A stretch of 64,000 nt of DNA, taken from positions 248,001-312,000 of IMG/VR virus record IMGVR_UViG_3300017991_000048. One strand, 5' to 3'. Shown here piece by piece: positions 10,034 through 19,773 of this stretch. Numbering within the stretch: the first letter of the stretch is position 1; every line of letters begins with the position of its first letter. A program made the translations under genes and the position numbers. The notes below the pieces were generated by a model, which made no database searches, was not told the DNA's origin, and saw only the letters and a program-made list of their open reading frames with translations.

Positions 10034-11103
10034 TACCCCGCATGTTCTTCCATTGCGAGAACCAATAGCCCTTCGGCCACAGCCGTCATCGGGTCTTTGG
10101 CAGCACGGACTTCACTAATCTCAATAGGGAAGCCGCGTTTCTTGATAGCCTCAAATTCCTCGATGAAAACCTCTATAAAACCAGTCGCCCGACTCGTCCC
10201 ACCGGAGATTATGAAGGGAATAGGATGAGGCAGATCAATGGACGCCTGTACCTTCCTAAATTGAACAGCTATGTTCTCCAGACAGTATTTGATCAGCGCC
10301 CGGACGTATAAAGCAATAGCCTCTTCTTCACGGCTTTTCGCATTGGCAAGATTGATGCCCTTTTCCTTCACAGCACACATTCTAGCCGCTGTTGAACCTA
10401 TGGCTTTCGCAGCCTGTGTGTCTACCCAATCGCCACATCTGGCACACGCAAAATCTAACCCCTTAACAGTCTGATATGCGAGTGCGATGTTCATCATCCC
10501 ACTACCGAAAGAAGCGGCAAGACCAGAGAAATTCTCCTTCACACACTGGGAGTAAACAATAGCCATAGCCTCATTCATAGGATGGGGCGTGTAGCCCAAT
10601 TCCGTAAGAATCTTACGGAATACCTCCGTGTGGTAGATAATGTCCTGAGCCACATCGTCCACAGGAGCCGCTGGAACACTGTAGAAACAATGCTCTTTGG
10701 GTGCTACCGGCTTGCCCAGAACATTCTCAATCAAAAGACTTAGAATCTGCTGTGCATCTAACTCAGCCGCCGATATTACGCCATGACTCAAAGGGCGGCG
10801 GACTTCACGCTTGAACAAGTTGGCCATGTTAAGGGCGGCATCTCCCAGAACAACAAGAGATCCTTCCCTTTCCACATAGTCCACTTTGGACAAGCGTAAT
10901 GTTTTCTTAGACTCAATATCCAGGTCTATGAAAACATCTCGAATGCGCTTGGTTTCAACTTGACTGCCATCTCCCGTCTGACGGGCCGACACCAAGTTCA
11001 TGGTTCCTAAGTCTAGCCCACAACCGGCTGGTTTTGCAGCTTGGGGTTGAGGCGGTTGAGCTTGATTTGCCGGTGGCGTCTGATCTGGTGTTTGATTTCC
11101 CAT
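10033..11103 (-). CDS. Actin-like ATPase (MreB/ParM/Alp superfamily)
   Basis: Phosphate-1 GLDLGTMN, phosphate-2 SFGSGMMN, adenosine ISGGTS, connect-2 AVAEG motifs. Confidence 0.85.
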   Translation of the reverse strand: MGNQTPDQTPPANQAQPPQPQAAKPAGCGLDLGTMNLVSARQTGDGSQVETKRIRDVFIDLDIESKKTLRLSKVDYVEREGSLVVLGDAALNMANLFKREVRRPLSHGVISAAELDAQQILSLLIENVLGKPVAPKEHCFYSVPAAPVDDVAQDIIYHTEVFRKILTELGYTPHPMNEAMAIVYSQCVKENFSGLAASFGSGMMNIALAYQTVKGLDFACARCGDWVDTQAAKAIGSTAARMCAVKEKGINLANAKSREEEAIALYVRALIKYCLENIAVQFRKVQASIDLPHPIPFIISGGTSRATGFIEVFIEEFEAIKKRGFPIEISEVRAAKDPMTAVAEGLLVLAMEEHAG

Positions 11104-11140
11104 CTAGTTCTCCATTTGATCTTAGCCCTTTACAGGGAGA

Positions 11141-11189
11141 AGCCCACGCACAGCCTCGTGCTCGCACTACAAGAGCACAAGCGTGGACT
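11141..11189 (-). promoter_or_regulatory. Long bulged hairpin in the 5' UTR of the actin-like gene
   Basis: Minus strand AGTCCACGC-TTGTGCTC-loop-GAGCACGA-GGCTGT-GCGTGGGCT. Confidence 0.4.
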
Positions 11190-11215
11190 TCTAACAACCT
11201 ACACCGCTTTTACGA

Positions 11216-11476
11216 CTATTCCTTATCGGCTTCCTCTCCGCTGTCTTCCTTCAACGCTTTACCCACCTGGGCTGGCGTGAACCGGACCGGAAGGGTCGTA
11301 AAAGGCTTCCCAGTGAAAGGCGACTTGATTGGCCTTACCTTCTTGTCGAGATAGAAGATATTGCCCTCAGGATCTGTGTACTTCCACAGAAAGGTCTGCG
11401 CTCCCTCTTTCTCAACGGCAGTTCTTTCTGCAATCTCAGTTGCCTGAGTCAATAAACTAGCTTGTCTTGGATGCAT
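11216..11476 (-). CDS. Hypothetical protein
   Basis: 86-aa ORF with AAGGAG SD; RQAS and RTA motifs near the N-terminus. Confidence 0.7.
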   Translation of the reverse strand: MHPRQASLLTQATEIAERTAVEKEGAQTFLWKYTDPEGNIFYLDKKVRPIKSPFTGKPFTTLPVRFTPAQVGKALKEDSGEEADKE

Positions 11477-11520
11477 GAGAAAAACTCCTTTCCTCTGGTG
11501 TTATATCAAGAAAACATTAT

Positions 11521-12165
11521 TTAAGATTCTTTCGGGTTCTTCCCACTTTTCTTCAATTTACGTAGCTGGCTGGCTGCCTCAGCCGCCTCAGACGGGACAG
11601 ACTCAGCCTTGATGTCAATTCGAGCTTCCACATCCTCCGGGTGAATCTTATCCGGGAGAAACATCGGGGCCTCTCCGTCTACTTTCTCAGAATCATCCTG
11701 TGCAAAAGCAGCCTGACCCACAGGCACCATAATCTGAGTCTGGTTCTGTAATGCTGATAGAATCTCATCCAGCTTCTGGGCCGTTTGTGAGTCATCCTGC
11801 TTTTCCCGTAATACTTTATTTTCTGCTTCCAGGGCTTTCAATCGCGTTGAAAGCCCACGAACCTGAGCTTCTAGTTGCTCAACTTCATAACTGTTGTTGT
11901 CCGAAGTTGGAACAAATTGAGGCGGAGGGGCGGCTGTAGGCAACTGAAAAAGGCACTTTTGGTTTATGGCTCGCCACAGATCCTTGGATTGGACAGCCAA
12001 ATGCCCTGGTATAATAACCTGCACCCCGTGTGGTACATCCCGCCCTATATCCTCGATCACATGCGTACCGACAACCAAGCCAATGACCCGGATATCCCCC
12101 TGTCTAGACCCTCGTATAACCATCTTTGTTCTTCTCCACAACCAAATGAGCCACAGCATAGTCAC
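11521..12165 (-). CDS. Hypothetical coiled-coil protein
   Basis: 214-aa ORF; real start probably the ATG at 12123 (MVIRGS). Confidence 0.65.
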   Translation of the reverse strand: MTMLWLIWLWRRTKMVIRGSRQGDIRVIGLVVGTHVIEDIGRDVPHGVQVIIPGHLAVQSKDLWRAINQKCLFQLPTAAPPPQFVPTSDNNSYEVEQLEAQVRGLSTRLKALEAENKVLREKQDDSQTAQKLDEILSALQNQTQIMVPVGQAAFAQDDSEKVDGEAPMFLPDKIHPEDVEARIDIKAESVPSEAAEAASQLRKLKKSGKNPKES

Positions 12166-12662
12166 CTAGTAAAAGCAGCCCGTACCTGTTTCCGTACCTC
12201 TTTTTCGAATTTGGTCTTCAAAAACGCCCGTGATTCCTTCTTGGCCTTTTCTATAAAGTCTGATGGCCGTCTTCCAGGGTGTATCCATCTGCCGTCTTGC
12301 ATGGATTTAGCTGTCGCACTTCGGAAAATAATCTCCCCGCGCTCAGTCACAATCGGAATGGGCCGTCTTGCTTTGGTGAGCCACGTCATCTGCTCTGCTT
12401 TCTGACCCTTGACCAAAGGAGCAAAAGCCGGGTGCAACGCGACAATACGTAAACTGGAAGGCTTGACTTCGATCTTAAGAGCCTTGGACAAGGCTCTCTT
12501 TGCCCGGTCTGAAAAGGTTGTCTGCTTCAGCTTTGACCGAACCCTACGCAAAAGATCTCTCTTGGAGTGCTTTAGAAATACACTGACATCCCTGTCTCCA
12601 GGCAGTTCGCCTGGAAGCAACGGCTTAAGATAGACACGAGAGGCTATGAAGGGTTTGGCCAT
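12162..12662 (-). CDS. Basic putative neck/tail-joining protein
   Basis: 166 aa, K/R-rich, WIHPG motif, directly after the head-closure gene; weak resemblance to HK97 gp10-like proteins. Confidence 0.4.
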   Translation of the reverse strand: MAKPFIASRVYLKPLLPGELPGDRDVSVFLKHSKRDLLRRVRSKLKQTTFSDRAKRALSKALKIEVKPSSLRIVALHPAFAPLVKGQKAEQMTWLTKARRPIPIVTERGEIIFRSATAKSMQDGRWIHPGRRPSDFIEKAKKESRAFLKTKFEKEVRKQVRAAFTR

Positions 12663-12663
12663 G

Positions 12664-15297
12664 TCAGAACTCGATATTTTCCCATACCGGTGTTCGGCCT
12701 CTCAACTCACGCTCATCAGGTATGTTAGGTTTCTCGGTCGGTTCAGCCCTGGCTTCCTGTTCCGGGCCACGGGGCTTGAACTGCACTGCCTCGTATTTAA
12801 CAGGATTGCCCACCATTACTTGGTATCGAATATCTTTCTCATCCAGATGCCCGATATTGAAATGCTGCTGCAACACCATGCCTCTGTTACTTGGGAATCT
12901 AACTGCCCCTATCGAATATCGCATTCCGTTAATTTTCACCAAAAAGTCGCGCTGAGACAGGATAGGCGTAGGTCCAGTCCATACCTCATACATATGCTCT
13001 AAAGTACGACCTGTGTCCTTTTGCGTGATTCTCCGCTCTGCGTCGTCCGGGGCTATCATAGCGTCGTAAGGGCCTTCATATCCCCCTAAGATTCCCGTTC
13101 CATAACAATTATGCACCACAATCCCTTGGACAACATAAGTGTGCTCCCCCTCCACCTCTAAGTTATAGACAACCCCCTCATAAGGGACTGTATGAATGTC
13201 TCTTATCTTTGCTAACCCGTCCCGTTCAAATTTCCATCTACCTTTTCTAAAGGCATGATGGAAATTTTCATCTTCCCAATTAACACAATAAGCCAGTTTG
13301 CGAGGGTTACCTTTAGGAGTCAAACTTGCACTACGTTGATGGCGGACTAAAGGCTGCTTACCTAAACGATGGCAAATTTCTGTGAGTTGAAGAGCGAGTA
13401 CTTCGGAGGTTTGGGTTACCTCACTGCCAGCTTTCCACCCATCTCCATCATATATACCTTGGAGAAGCCACTTTTGTTTTTCTGGCGGCAACCACATAAG
13501 TTCTTCTGGGATTCGTTTCTGATCACAACGACCACCAAGCCAAGCGGGGAACCACTCCGATAAATGAGAGCCGTTCACACTAACAACTGCCCTAAAACCA
13601 GGCCCCAAGGTGATAGAAGCGGTGTAACCATACTTCTCAAAGTAAACTTTAACTCTGTTCTGAAACTCTACCTCGTCAGCGTGTAAAGCAAAAGTAATAC
13701 TTCGTGCGGCAGCCGAACCCTCAGCTATATATAGGCCAACCACCCACAAAAAATCTTCATCCACTTCAAATCTGACGTCTCCTTGTCGCGCTGGCCCGAA
13801 CTTAGCTGTTTTACGACAGCTTTGAGGCACCTCAACATATTCTAAATCTTCAATAATTCTAGGGTACTGCGCGACAAGCCAGCCGTGCTCTTCTAGCTCG
13901 TTTGCTGGCACCCACTCTAAAGAATGTGCTTTCTTATGCTCAAGACGATACGCCTGCACAATTTGCTTAGCCTCTGTTTCGTTTTCAAATGTTCCAAGAC
14001 TAATTCGCTTACCCTTATACCCGGAGCCAACTCTGGCCCACCAGCGACCACTAGGTAGCCGCCGTACTCCTGGTCCCTGCCCTTCGACACCCCGAATAAT
14101 ATCACCTTTTTTCAGAAGACGCCCACACGTCTTTGGACCACAACGTGAAACATTATGATGGCCTACAAGCGCACGAAAAGGATGATTAGGGGTAGCTAAA
14201 AGAGGACTGGTCGAGACTGCTGATGTAATGGAAACTAGGTCACCTGAAAACGGGGTTTCAAAAAGGCGCGTTACTTTTTGAAAAGATCCGTCTGATGACA
14301 AAACACGATCTCCAACACTAATGTCTTTAATAAAACGATAACCTCGTTCAGTTCTTACTAAAGTTTCAGGTGTAAAGCATACATGGCAATCGTTGACAGG
14401 CTGATGGTAAAGCTCTTCCCCAATACAAACACACGGAAGCCCCACCTCTTTACGAATGAAAAGCTTTACTCTCTCGCCGCCTTGTTCCAGAATCCATCGG
14501 TTTCTTCGCACCGCCTCTCGCCAGATATAATCCAGCTTTTCAATCTCCATCGAACTCGTGGCTACAGCTTCTTCAATCGGAGTCTCGATCAAGTGCTCGC
14601 ACCGGACCTTGCTCAAATCACAATCAATGGGCACCGCCACAGTTGTTACACGGTAAAAGACCCTTTGGCCCAAATCGGTCTTTAGAAGCGACCGGTTTCT
14701 GCGATATGTAACCGTCACTACACTATCGGGACCGGGCACCAAGGACGGGTCTAATGTCTGGGACTCGACATTTGCATAAATGTAAGGGTCAATTTCAACT
14801 TCCCCGGAAAACCCGTCCACCCGTAAAGGTTTGACCGTAACATCGTCAATTCTGACCCATACATCGGACGGAAGATTGGCGACCACCGCCTGGGAACCCT
14901 CTTTGACAATGGGACAATGTAATGTCTTGAAAACCCAACGTGGCGCAGCGGCTCCAGCGGCGGACCCACATTCATCTCTCATAACAAAGCGGTCGGAGAC
15001 ATCCTCATCGATTATGAGTTCGTTGTCTGTCCGGTCCCGCCAAAACGTCGTACAAGCCAACGTGTCAGTGATCCGGTGAAAGGGGCCGAACTCTGAATCA
15101 AACGACCGGTAGATATTAACACCCAAAATCCTGTACTCACTGTTCAGAGCCAGAATTGCAGGATTGTCCCACCTGAGATCGAAAACCCCCGGTTGATAGC
15201 CGCTGGTCAGGAACAAGTTAAGGGGCGGCAATGGCCATGGAGTCTTGGTGTACTCCAGGTCCATAATATTTCGATCACGATTAGTCGCGTAAGGCAT
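12664..15297 (-). CDS. Putative head-closure/neck protein (FN3-like N-terminus, Cys cluster) interrupted by an intein
   Basis: Spliced extein about 453 aa: PLPPLNL...LRWDNP...VNIYRS (FN3-like); CVC...DCHV|CYGTGILGGY; C-terminal TPILSQRDFLV..NGMRYSI. Confidence 0.6.
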   Translation of the reverse strand: MPYATNRDRNIMDLEYTKTPWPLPPLNLFLTSGYQPGVFDLRWDNPAILALNSEYRILGVNIYRSFDSEFGPFHRITDTLACTTFWRDRTDNELIIDEDVSDRFVMRDECGSAAGAAAPRWVFKTLHCPIVKEGSQAVVANLPSDVWVRIDDVTVKPLRVDGFSGEVEIDPYIYANVESQTLDPSLVPGPDSVVTVTYRRNRSLLKTDLGQRVFYRVTTVAVPIDCDLSKVRCEHLIETPIEEAVATSSMEIEKLDYIWREAVRRNRWILEQGGERVKLFIRKEVGLPCVCIGEELYHQPVNDCHVCFTPETLVRTERGYRFIKDISVGDRVLSSDGSFQKVTRLFETPFSGDLVSITSAVSTSPLLATPNHPFRALVGHHNVSRCGPKTCGRLLKKGDIIRGVEGQGPGVRRLPSGRWWARVGSGYKGKRISLGTFENETEAKQIVQAYRLEHKKAHSLEWVPANELEEHGWLVAQYPRIIEDLEYVEVPQSCRKTAKFGPARQGDVRFEVDEDFLWVVGLYIAEGSAAARSITFALHADEVEFQNRVKVYFEKYGYTASITLGPGFRAVVSVNGSHLSEWFPAWLGGRCDQKRIPEELMWLPPEKQKWLLQGIYDGDGWKAGSEVTQTSEVLALQLTEICHRLGKQPLVRHQRSASLTPKGNPRKLAYCVNWEDENFHHAFRKGRWKFERDGLAKIRDIHTVPYEGVVYNLEVEGEHTYVVQGIVVHNCYGTGILGGYEGPYDAMIAPDDAERRITQKDTGRTLEHMYEVWTGPTPILSQRDFLVKINGMRYSIGAVRFPSNRGMVLQQHFNIGHLDEKDIRYQVMVGNPVKYEAVQFKPRGPEQEARAEPTEKPNIPDERELRGRTPVWENIEF
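13108..14379 (-). mobile_element. Intein (424 aa) with LAGLIDADG homing endonuclease and AP2-like insert
   Basis: Block A CFTPETLV, block B ATPNHPF, LAGLIDADG helices VVGLYIAEG and LLQGIYDGDG, blocks F/G VYNLEVEGEHTYVVQGIVVHN followed by Cys+1. Confidence 0.93.
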
Positions 15298-15339
15298 GTG
15301 GTAAACCCCTACACTAGAGTCTTACCACAAGAAAAAGCG

Positions 15340-15666
15340 CTACGCTGGCGGCTTTTCTGGTGGCTCTGGCGGCGACAGGAGTCTCAAAACACCCGTTTTG
15401 GAATCGATCTCTACCTGTGTGAGCGGAGATAACCCACGTTCTACAAGAACCTGCTCGAACAGGCGCTTTCTCTGCTCGCTCGCCGTGTGCGCTGCTGAGA
15501 GTAGGCGCACACGGTTCTCTTCCTGGTTCAAAAGCTGCAAAGCAACGGCAACCCGCGCATCCTCCAACTCCGTAAATCGTGCCAAAATATCAGGCGGGAC
15601 CGGATCATCCGGGGTAAGCTTTCTCGGCTTTTCGGGCTCACTTGTATCTTTATTTTCATCGACCAT
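15340..15666 (-). CDS. Hypothetical protein
   Basis: 108-aa ORF in operon orientation. Confidence 0.65.
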   Translation of the reverse strand: MVDENKDTSEPEKPRKLTPDDPVPPDILARFTELEDARVAVALQLLNQEENRVRLLSAAHTASEQRKRLFEQVLVERGLSPLTQVEIDSKTGVLRLLSPPEPPEKPPA

Positions 15667-15683
15667 GCGGGTGCCTACACCAG

Positions 15684-15905
15684 TTAATAGATTTTGACAC
15701 CGTTACCCATTACAATTAGACGGTAATCGGACCCAAACGCCTTTTTTAACTCCCACTCCAGAGCTTCCACTTCACGCAAGACCTCATCGAACTCTTCATC
15801 CAATAGAGGCTTTTGAGGGGGATGTGTACGCTCTCTGACCTTATTAATTCTTCGGAGAGTGGGCACATATGCTGTCTTGGACGTGCGTTTGTATGAATAA
15901 TCCAT
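15684..15905 (-). CDS. Small protein with YSYKRTSKTA leader
   Basis: 73 aa, AAGGAG SD. Confidence 0.65.
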   Translation of the reverse strand: MDYSYKRTSKTAYVPTLRRINKVRERTHPPQKPLLDEEFDEVLREVEALEWELKKAFGSDYRLIVMGNGVKIY

Positions 15906-15915
15906 ACGATTCTCC

Positions 15916-17367
15916 TTACGTTACAGCGTTCACGAACTCTGATAATGCTTTTCGATACTTTCCGGGAGCGCTTCGCTTGAGTGCTTTGAAAAACTCACTG
16001 GGCTTCATTTTGTCCACAGCGGCGTAACCACCGAAAGCCTTCATCCTCTCATGCCAATCCCTGGTATGAAGATCAGGGTATGGAATTGTCCCGGTGAATA
16101 ACTTGATCGCAGTCCTATATTCCAGGGGTGGGTTTAGCTCTTCCCCTCGATCCTTGCGCTCCTTCTGATCTTTACGATGTGCCTCTTCAGCCCACTTCCA
16201 ACGGGTCTTGAATTTCTCAATCGAATCAGCCAGACGAGTATAAAATTCAAAATCGTCCAGGGCATGTATATCCACCTGTTGAACACGAAGCCCCTGTTCT
16301 CTTAACTTTCTTTGTAACTTTTTGACTTCAGGATTGTCCTCCCGCCATAATGGGTGTCCAGGTCTTAACTCTTGCTGAAACTCCGGGGTCTGAATCTTAC
16401 GAGAAGGGAAACCAGGGCGGCGTCCACGCAACCCTGGCTGCATAACTATATTACGATCAACAACGAAAGCTAAATAACTCTGGGCGAAATGTTGTAACTC
16501 ATGTCGTAAAGAATTGCCGAGACCCTCAAGACCCTCCCACCGGAGAGTGTGCGGAATAATAATAGTTAGAATCCTTTGTCGCTCCTGCCAAGACGCCTTT
16601 ACGCCTTCAATTGGCTTGGTTGTGAGTTTTACCTTTATGCTTCGCCAGTCTTTGGTCCTGATTCTCTCAATTGACTCCTCCATGTTCTTGATGAGGTCTC
16701 TACGAAACTCTACCATTCCGGGCTTATCTGGCTGCTCAGGTTTCTGGCTAAAGAACTCTATAGCCTCTTGCTGCTCTTTGACAAACTCGTCTATCTGCCT
16801 CTGAAATCTTCTCTCCAAATCCTTTGAATTGTATCTCCACCCTTTAAGATCGACAGGAAACTCCTTTACGGCCTCATCGCCCTTGAGCGAAACACCGGGC
16901 TGAACTCTCTTTTTGATGTCCGCTATCTCTCTTTGAATTCCAGCTATATCTCGCCTTTGACGCTCGTAATGGTTGTCGATACGCTCTTTGAAATACTCAT
17001 ATCTATTATCCGCTCGTTCTTGAAGCTCCTTCTGCTTTTCTGGGGTCATCTTTTGAAACAAACGAACACTATCACGTTCGCCGGGATGCCCAAAGGCCCA
17101 CGACAATTTATAAAATTCCTTATAAGACTTCCACGTTGGATTGGCTTTATACTCTTTGGCCGCTTCAAGAAGGTCTGCTAAAGTCTTGTCATAGTCATCT
17201 TTCTGCTTCCGACCCTCAAGATTTGACTGAGCCTTTTTAAGCTCGTGATCTGACACCACTGCCACCACCCAATCATAGATCTCTTTGTACATCGCTGGCG
17301 GGGCTTCTAATATCCCGGCAGTCCGTAAGGATACGCCTCTGCGATCGTAGGTGTACGGTTCAATCAT
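15916..17367 (-). CDS. Protein with YTYDRR...RTA leader and HExxH (zincin-like) motif
   Basis: LRHELQHFAQ motif preceded by beta-strand-like ILTIII; coiled-coil N-half. Confidence 0.7.
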   Translation of the reverse strand: MIEPYTYDRRGVSLRTAGILEAPPAMYKEIYDWVVAVVSDHELKKAQSNLEGRKQKDDYDKTLADLLEAAKEYKANPTWKSYKEFYKLSWAFGHPGERDSVRLFQKMTPEKQKELQERADNRYEYFKERIDNHYERQRRDIAGIQREIADIKKRVQPGVSLKGDEAVKEFPVDLKGWRYNSKDLERRFQRQIDEFVKEQQEAIEFFSQKPEQPDKPGMVEFRRDLIKNMEESIERIRTKDWRSIKVKLTTKPIEGVKASWQERQRILTIIIPHTLRWEGLEGLGNSLRHELQHFAQSYLAFVVDRNIVMQPGLRGRRPGFPSRKIQTPEFQQELRPGHPLWREDNPEVKKLQRKLREQGLRVQQVDIHALDDFEFYTRLADSIEKFKTRWKWAEEAHRKDQKERKDRGEELNPPLEYRTAIKLFTGTIPYPDLHTRDWHERMKAFGGYAAVDKMKPSEFFKALKRSAPGKYRKALSEFVNAVT

Positions 17368-18619
17368 TGTCTATACCGCTTGATAAAAACTCCACCACCC
17401 TCGTTCTAACCGCATCCGAATCGGTCTTGACTTCTGACTCCCATACCACGAGGCAGTCTATGCCAATGTCTCGGAAAGCTTCTACTAGCTCGTTTTCGTG
17501 TTCAAAACTGGAACGACCTGTAAACATTCGAGAATGCCAAAAGTCACCGAAAACCTCTACAACCTTACGGACCCCACGTTTGGGTTGTTTTGGATCGGGT
17601 CCAGCGAGGATAAAATCTGGGTTCTTATGATGTTTGAGCTTAGGTAACCACCGCCAAAAAGCCCCATTACCGACATAGAGCAACTCAGGGTTTAGAGAGG
17701 CAAAACGCCGTTCCAACTTATTCTGCTTCCGAGTGATTCCAGCAGCAACTAAAGCCTTATACGCGATAGCGGGTACTTTCATCGGGTGTGGCACTCCGTA
17801 CTGTTTCATAAATACCGCTCGCAGCTTCCTCTTCCCCTCTTCTGAAGCAAAAAAATGGTCACCGTAACGTTCGATCATTGTCTCAAGTTGTTGCTGACGT
17901 AAAACAAAACTCTGACCCGTCCATTCAACACCCCAATGTTCAAGATTAGTCTGTCGAGCCTTTTCGACAATTTCGGGCGAGCAAGATGGGGCCACACCCC
18001 CATAACGTTCTTGGTTCGTTGTCTCTATCTTTAGTCGGACAATCGGAGACGCCAAAGTTTCTTCTGTACCATAACGCTCAAGATTGGTTGCTTTAGTTTT
18101 AGCTCTAACCTCTGGGGATTGGCTTGGGTTCTCCACCCCGTACTTATCAAGATTGGTCTCTCGGATTTTTGCTTGAGTTTCAGGCCATGCAAAAGGATTA
18201 TCTTGGCCTTTGAGAACAGGGCGCTTGCCCTCAAGAGAAGATTGGACTTTCTCAAAAAGAACTGACTCTTTTGAAAACACATTTTCCGCACCGTAACGTT
18301 CTTTACAAGTCTCTTTCCGACGTTCCTCGGCTTCTTCAATATAACAAGGATTTGTAATCCCTTCCCCGTGAGTAGATTGAAGAGTTTCAGCTAGCCGTGC
18401 CATTTGCACTGCGCCTCGATCACGGTTTTTCCATGTGTCACACCTTTGGCGATGTCGCTTCATTTGTGTCAGCGACGTAGCCTCGTGCCCACATAGACAA
18501 GGGCGCGGCTTTGTATTGCCCAGTTTCTCTTTCCAACCGGCACAAACGGACTTATGCCGAGAATTGATACTATCGGAGTTAGGGAAATGAGTTTGACAAT
18601 AAGGACAGGTGGTAGGCAT
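17360..18619 (-). CDS. Putative free-standing homing endonuclease (Zn fingers, TNLxxYGVEN repeats, Vsr/DUF559-like nuclease)
   Basis: CPYC...HKSVC, CLC...HRQRC, repeats KERYGAEN/TNLDKYGVEN/TNLERYG, C-terminal PDFIL...EVFGDFWH...LVVWESE; likely start ATG 18619 (ORF track starts at 18637). Confidence 0.75.
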   Translation of the reverse strand: MPTTCPYCQTHFPNSDSINSRHKSVCAGWKEKLGNTKPRPCLCGHEATSLTQMKRHRQRCDTWKNRDRGAVQMARLAETLQSTHGEGITNPCYIEEAEERRKETCKERYGAENVFSKESVLFEKVQSSLEGKRPVLKGQDNPFAWPETQAKIRETNLDKYGVENPSQSPEVRAKTKATNLERYGTEETLASPIVRLKIETTNQERYGGVAPSCSPEIVEKARQTNLEHWGVEWTGQSFVLRQQQLETMIERYGDHFFASEEGKRKLRAVFMKQYGVPHPMKVPAIAYKALVAAGITRKQNKLERRFASLNPELLYVGNGAFWRWLPKLKHHKNPDFILAGPDPKQPKRGVRKVVEVFGDFWHSRMFTGRSSFEHENELVEAFRDIGIDCLVVWESEVKTDSDAVRTRVVEFLSSGIDND

Positions 18620-18625
18620 TTGTAA

Positions 18626-18653
18626 ATAATAACACAAACGCCAAATATGTCAA
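18626..18653 (-). promoter_or_regulatory. Sigma70-type promoter of the endonuclease gene (probably leaderless mRNA)
   Basis: TTGACA (18653-18648), 16 nt, TG-n-TATTAT (18631-18626), ATG 6 nt downstream, no SD. Confidence 0.6.
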
Positions 18654-18685
18654 CCCTCATCTTGGGGTTAGTACACCGCAGCCTA

Positions 18686-19606
18686 CTAAAAGCCCAAAAA
18701 TTTCCTGGGTGACAGAACGCCCCGACCGGTGTACGGCCCAAAACTCGACCTGATTCCCATACCAAACCGGGGCTGCTGCAACCCCTTGACCACATTGACC
18801 GTGAGCTTCGCTTTCTCAAGTTGCTTATCGAATTGATCAGACGCCCCTTGGTATGCACCCTCGTACTTACTGGATTTCTCCATATCCAGTGAGATGCCGC
18901 CGATCGAATAGTTGAATTCATCGGCAATCCAGTTCAAACGCAAAGCGTTCAGAGCATGAAGCATAGCCCCTGTAAGTAACATGGTTCGCCATTCTGGAAA
19001 CTGTGCAACCATCTGATCAATGGTCGAAAAAGGCGTCCGTGGAGGAGACGCTGAAATCATATCCAAAGACCTCAAAAGGTACTCTTGAAGCTCAATGTCT
19101 TCCCAAATATATCCAAATACCCGGCTGAACTGCTGAATTGTGACCTCATGCGTCGGGGGTCTGAAATGGTAGTTTCTATCCGGGTTATTGTCCCTCAAAA
19201 GTATCCGCAACCGGCCCATCAGATCCAGTTCAACAGTTGTAGCGGTCGGCGCTCCCCCGGTAATCATCGTGGCACTTGCGGTAGACAGACCGGCCTTATC
19301 CGTTACAGAAAATTCTTGAACTACCTGCTGTACCGGTGCGCCGACAAGCTCCCGGAAAGTCCACCTGATCCTGTAGTCCCCAAGATTAGCGTCCAGGGGA
19401 ACAACGATGGAAGCATAATATTCACCTACGGAGGGGTTAGCCGGTGTCCGTTCTGGCAGTCCCACCAAAACCTCTTGCCCGGTCGTAAAATCATACAAGG
19501 CAAACGAGATTTCAGCAGCATCAACAGGCACGTTGGAAGCATTGACCAGATAGATATTCAGGTCATTACGCCCAAGTTGCTGCCCTCTGTAGAAAGTAGT
19601 TCCCAT
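18686..19606 (-). CDS. Putative head-tail connector (neck 1) with N-terminal Ig-like domain
   Basis: Ig-like N-domain (GEYYASIV...GDYRIRWTF) resembling the C-domain of 24436..25191; helical C-domain YSIGGISLDMEKSSKY; position before the head-closure gene. Confidence 0.45.
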   Translation of the reverse strand: MGTTFYRGQQLGRNDLNIYLVNASNVPVDAAEISFALYDFTTGQEVLVGLPERTPANPSVGEYYASIVVPLDANLGDYRIRWTFRELVGAPVQQVVQEFSVTDKAGLSTASATMITGGAPTATTVELDLMGRLRILLRDNNPDRNYHFRPPTHEVTIQQFSRVFGYIWEDIELQEYLLRSLDMISASPPRTPFSTIDQMVAQFPEWRTMLLTGAMLHALNALRLNWIADEFNYSIGGISLDMEKSSKYEGAYQGASDQFDKQLEKAKLTVNVVKGLQQPRFGMGIRSSFGPYTGRGVLSPRKFLGF

Positions 19607-19773
19607 TTATTAGTTAGCTTCTTCGGATTTATAGCTTACCATCCTTAATTCTCTGTTCAATCACATCCCTATTCGAACCCGTAATGGTTTTACCATCAAG
19701 TACTCTGATCGCATTAATCGCTCTTGACATAGACCCTCCGCCCGTAGAACCTCGGTCTGGCGACCAAAACCGA

